From assembly GCF_018350175.1 (NCBI RefSeq), contig NC_058368.1, positions 199,022,001 through 199,086,000 on the forward strand: DNA of 64,000 nt, in the 5' to 3' direction. The position numbers were made by a program, and so were the translations under genes. A model generated the notes under the pieces. That model did no database searches, was not told the DNA's origin, and was given only the letters and a program-made list of their open reading frames with translations. Shown here piece after piece: positions 62,203 through 64,000 of this stretch. The stretch comes from Felis catus. Its lineage: Eukaryota. Within the stretch, counting starts at the first letter, position 1; each line of letters starts with the position of its first letter.

Positions 62203-62555
62203 GGGGACACCTAGCTGACTCAGTCTGTAGAGCATGAGACTCTTGATCTCAGGTGGTAAGTTTGAGCCCCACATTGGGTGTGGAGATTACTTAAAAATGA
62301 AATCTTTTTTTTTTAATTTTTTCAATGTTTTTATTTATTTTTGAGACAGAGAGTGAGAGAGACAGAGCATGAGCAGGGGAGGGGCAGAGAGAGGGGGAGA
62401 CACAGAATCTGAAGCAGACTCCAGACTCTGAGCTGTCAGCACAGAGTCCGACGCGGGGCTCAAACTCCTGAACCAAGAGATCATGACCTGAGCTGAAGTC
62501 ATATGCTTAACCAACTGAGCCACCCAGGCACCCCAAAAATGAAATATTTAAAAAA
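62203..62555 (+). mobile_element. Short older tRNA-derived SINE whose A tail is split by a nested CanSINE
   Basis: Head 62203-62292; outer TSD aaattcaaagcct / aaattcaacgcct. Confidence 0.85.
62304..62534 (-). mobile_element. CanSINE (SINEC_Fc2-like), nested
   Basis: Inner TSD aaaaatgaaat 62293-62303 / 62535-62545. Confidence 0.95.
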
Positions 62556-63469
62556 AAATTCAACGCCTGAACTCAACCACTTCACTATAGTTTTCTATTA
62601 CAGTTTTTTGACCATGGGAAATCTACAAAGAACCTGTTTACATTAATGATTATAAGCAACTGGGCCCAGGCCTTTCCTGAGGCAAGGGAGGCACATGTGT
62701 AACAGGTCTTGAATATAATGAGAATCACCCATGAAAATATTTAAAGATGAGAAACAGGCCCCAGGGGAGGTCACAACTCAACAGTGCATCCTGGAGCCTT
62801 AAATTTCTTCTGCGTTCTAAACTCTGCCTTTGGAAAAGGGAAAGACACCCACAAATTAAATCCAAACATCTCACAAAATGGCCTCTTTAAAGGATGAGCA
62901 ATGGCATGCATCTGGCCCCCAGGGGGCCGACCCTCAGACCAGAACTCCATTCTGCAAGGTTTGGTCATTTGCAAATGTAAACCCACTACTGGCTTCTTCC
63001 ATCAGTCACACTGCCTAGCATTGCAGGGGCTTGCCAAAACGTTCATTTGTGTTTTCTTGTTCTCTTTTCTAAACTCACAACCAAGAAAATATTCAATAAG
63101 TAAAATTACCCATGACCTATAATCTTATCCACATTTCTTACAAAGGTTGTCTTTTCCAGACTTCAACGACTAGTTGAAGCCATCAGGAAGGGATTACTGT
63201 TGTTATGAAATGTGTAAACCATTGATTATACAAGATTCTCATCTTAGCTTTGGCATCTGGCAGTCTCCCTGTGTGTCCGAGGGTTCATGCGCATGTGTGC
63301 CTAGACACAGAATGTAGAAAGAGGGACCAGTAGATAGACAAGTAGGTGATTATTTAAGGTTTAAATGCGGAATTGAAATATAAAATTTCTTTGCCTCACC
63401 ATTCAGCCTAAAGGGCTATTTCACTGTGGGAGAGAATAAATGTCTACAGACATGTAGCAGAGGTCTTAT

Positions 63470-63895
63470 TTGGGGAATATTAATCCATCCTCCACCACAG
63501 ACAAGCACATGGTTCAGGCCTGACCAGTCATTTGAATTCCATTTCCCTGGCCATGGTGATTGACTCAGAAGGGGACCAACCTGGGCCAATGAGAGTCTTT
63601 CCCAGGACTTGGGTTGATGCTATCTGGAAAAAGATCTGTTCTACTAGGGCTGCTAAAGGGGTCAACTGTGAGCCTGTAGCTGCTTTGGCATATTTGTCTC
63701 TCTGTGTGGAGTCAGCCTGAGGATGAAGCCAGGAGAAGAGGGACACAGTGTCCTCAGATGTCACTTGAGTCCTTGGATATAACTGCTCCTGAAGCTAGAT
63801 GGACTTCCCAGTGATAGGAATTAATACATTTTCTTCTTTGCTTCAACAAGTTTAAACTGGGCTTTTGTCACTTGGAACCAAATCAATGTTAATAT
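63470..63895 (+). mobile_element. Old MaLR LTR (MLT1K-like)
   Basis: ccctggccatggtgattg, acctgggccaatgagagtc and ttttgtcacttggaacca. Confidence 0.65.
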
Positions 63896-64000
63896 GCACA
63901 GGATTGTCAAGCAGAATGACCACTAATTGAGTATCTGCTGTGTGTTAGGCACAGTCCTAAGTGCATTACATCCTGTGTCTCATGAACTCCTCCTAATAGT

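Noticed and set aside
9356..62523. Many 60-100 aa ORFs containing AQSVKRPTSAQVMIS or ERERE motifs
   Set aside because: These are CanSINE translations, not genes.

Overview
Mammalian genomic DNA from a carnivore, most likely a felid, judged from about 29 tRNA-derived CanSINEs, several of the young SINEC_Fc type, and a cat-type young L1. The only convincing protein-coding sequence is the last coding exon of ARL15 (+ strand, 2030-2182; too short for the ORF track), followed by a roughly 2.5 kb 3' UTR. The remaining ~59 kb looks intergenic and is a layered record of transposons: old L1M, L2 and MIR copies, MaLR MLT1 LTRs, hAT elements (MER5, MER33, MER45, MER94, MER103), a Tigger2-type element, CanSINEs and two carnivore L1 3' ends. 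I found no convincing novel multi-gene system. The best leads are: (i) a young 5'-truncated L1 whose intact ORF2 C-terminus is fused in frame to an upstream ATG lying in an MLT1 LTR; (ii) a ~1.1 kb AT-rich but CpG-undepleted unique island at ~37-38 kb; (iii) unusual retrotransposition by-products (a tail-only insertion, a possible mini 3' transduction, nested or inverted SINEs); (iv) an RNA G-quadruplex candidate in the ARL15 3' UTR and CTCF-like motifs. Repeat subfamily names come from memory of consensus sequences, and many repeat boundaries are approximate.
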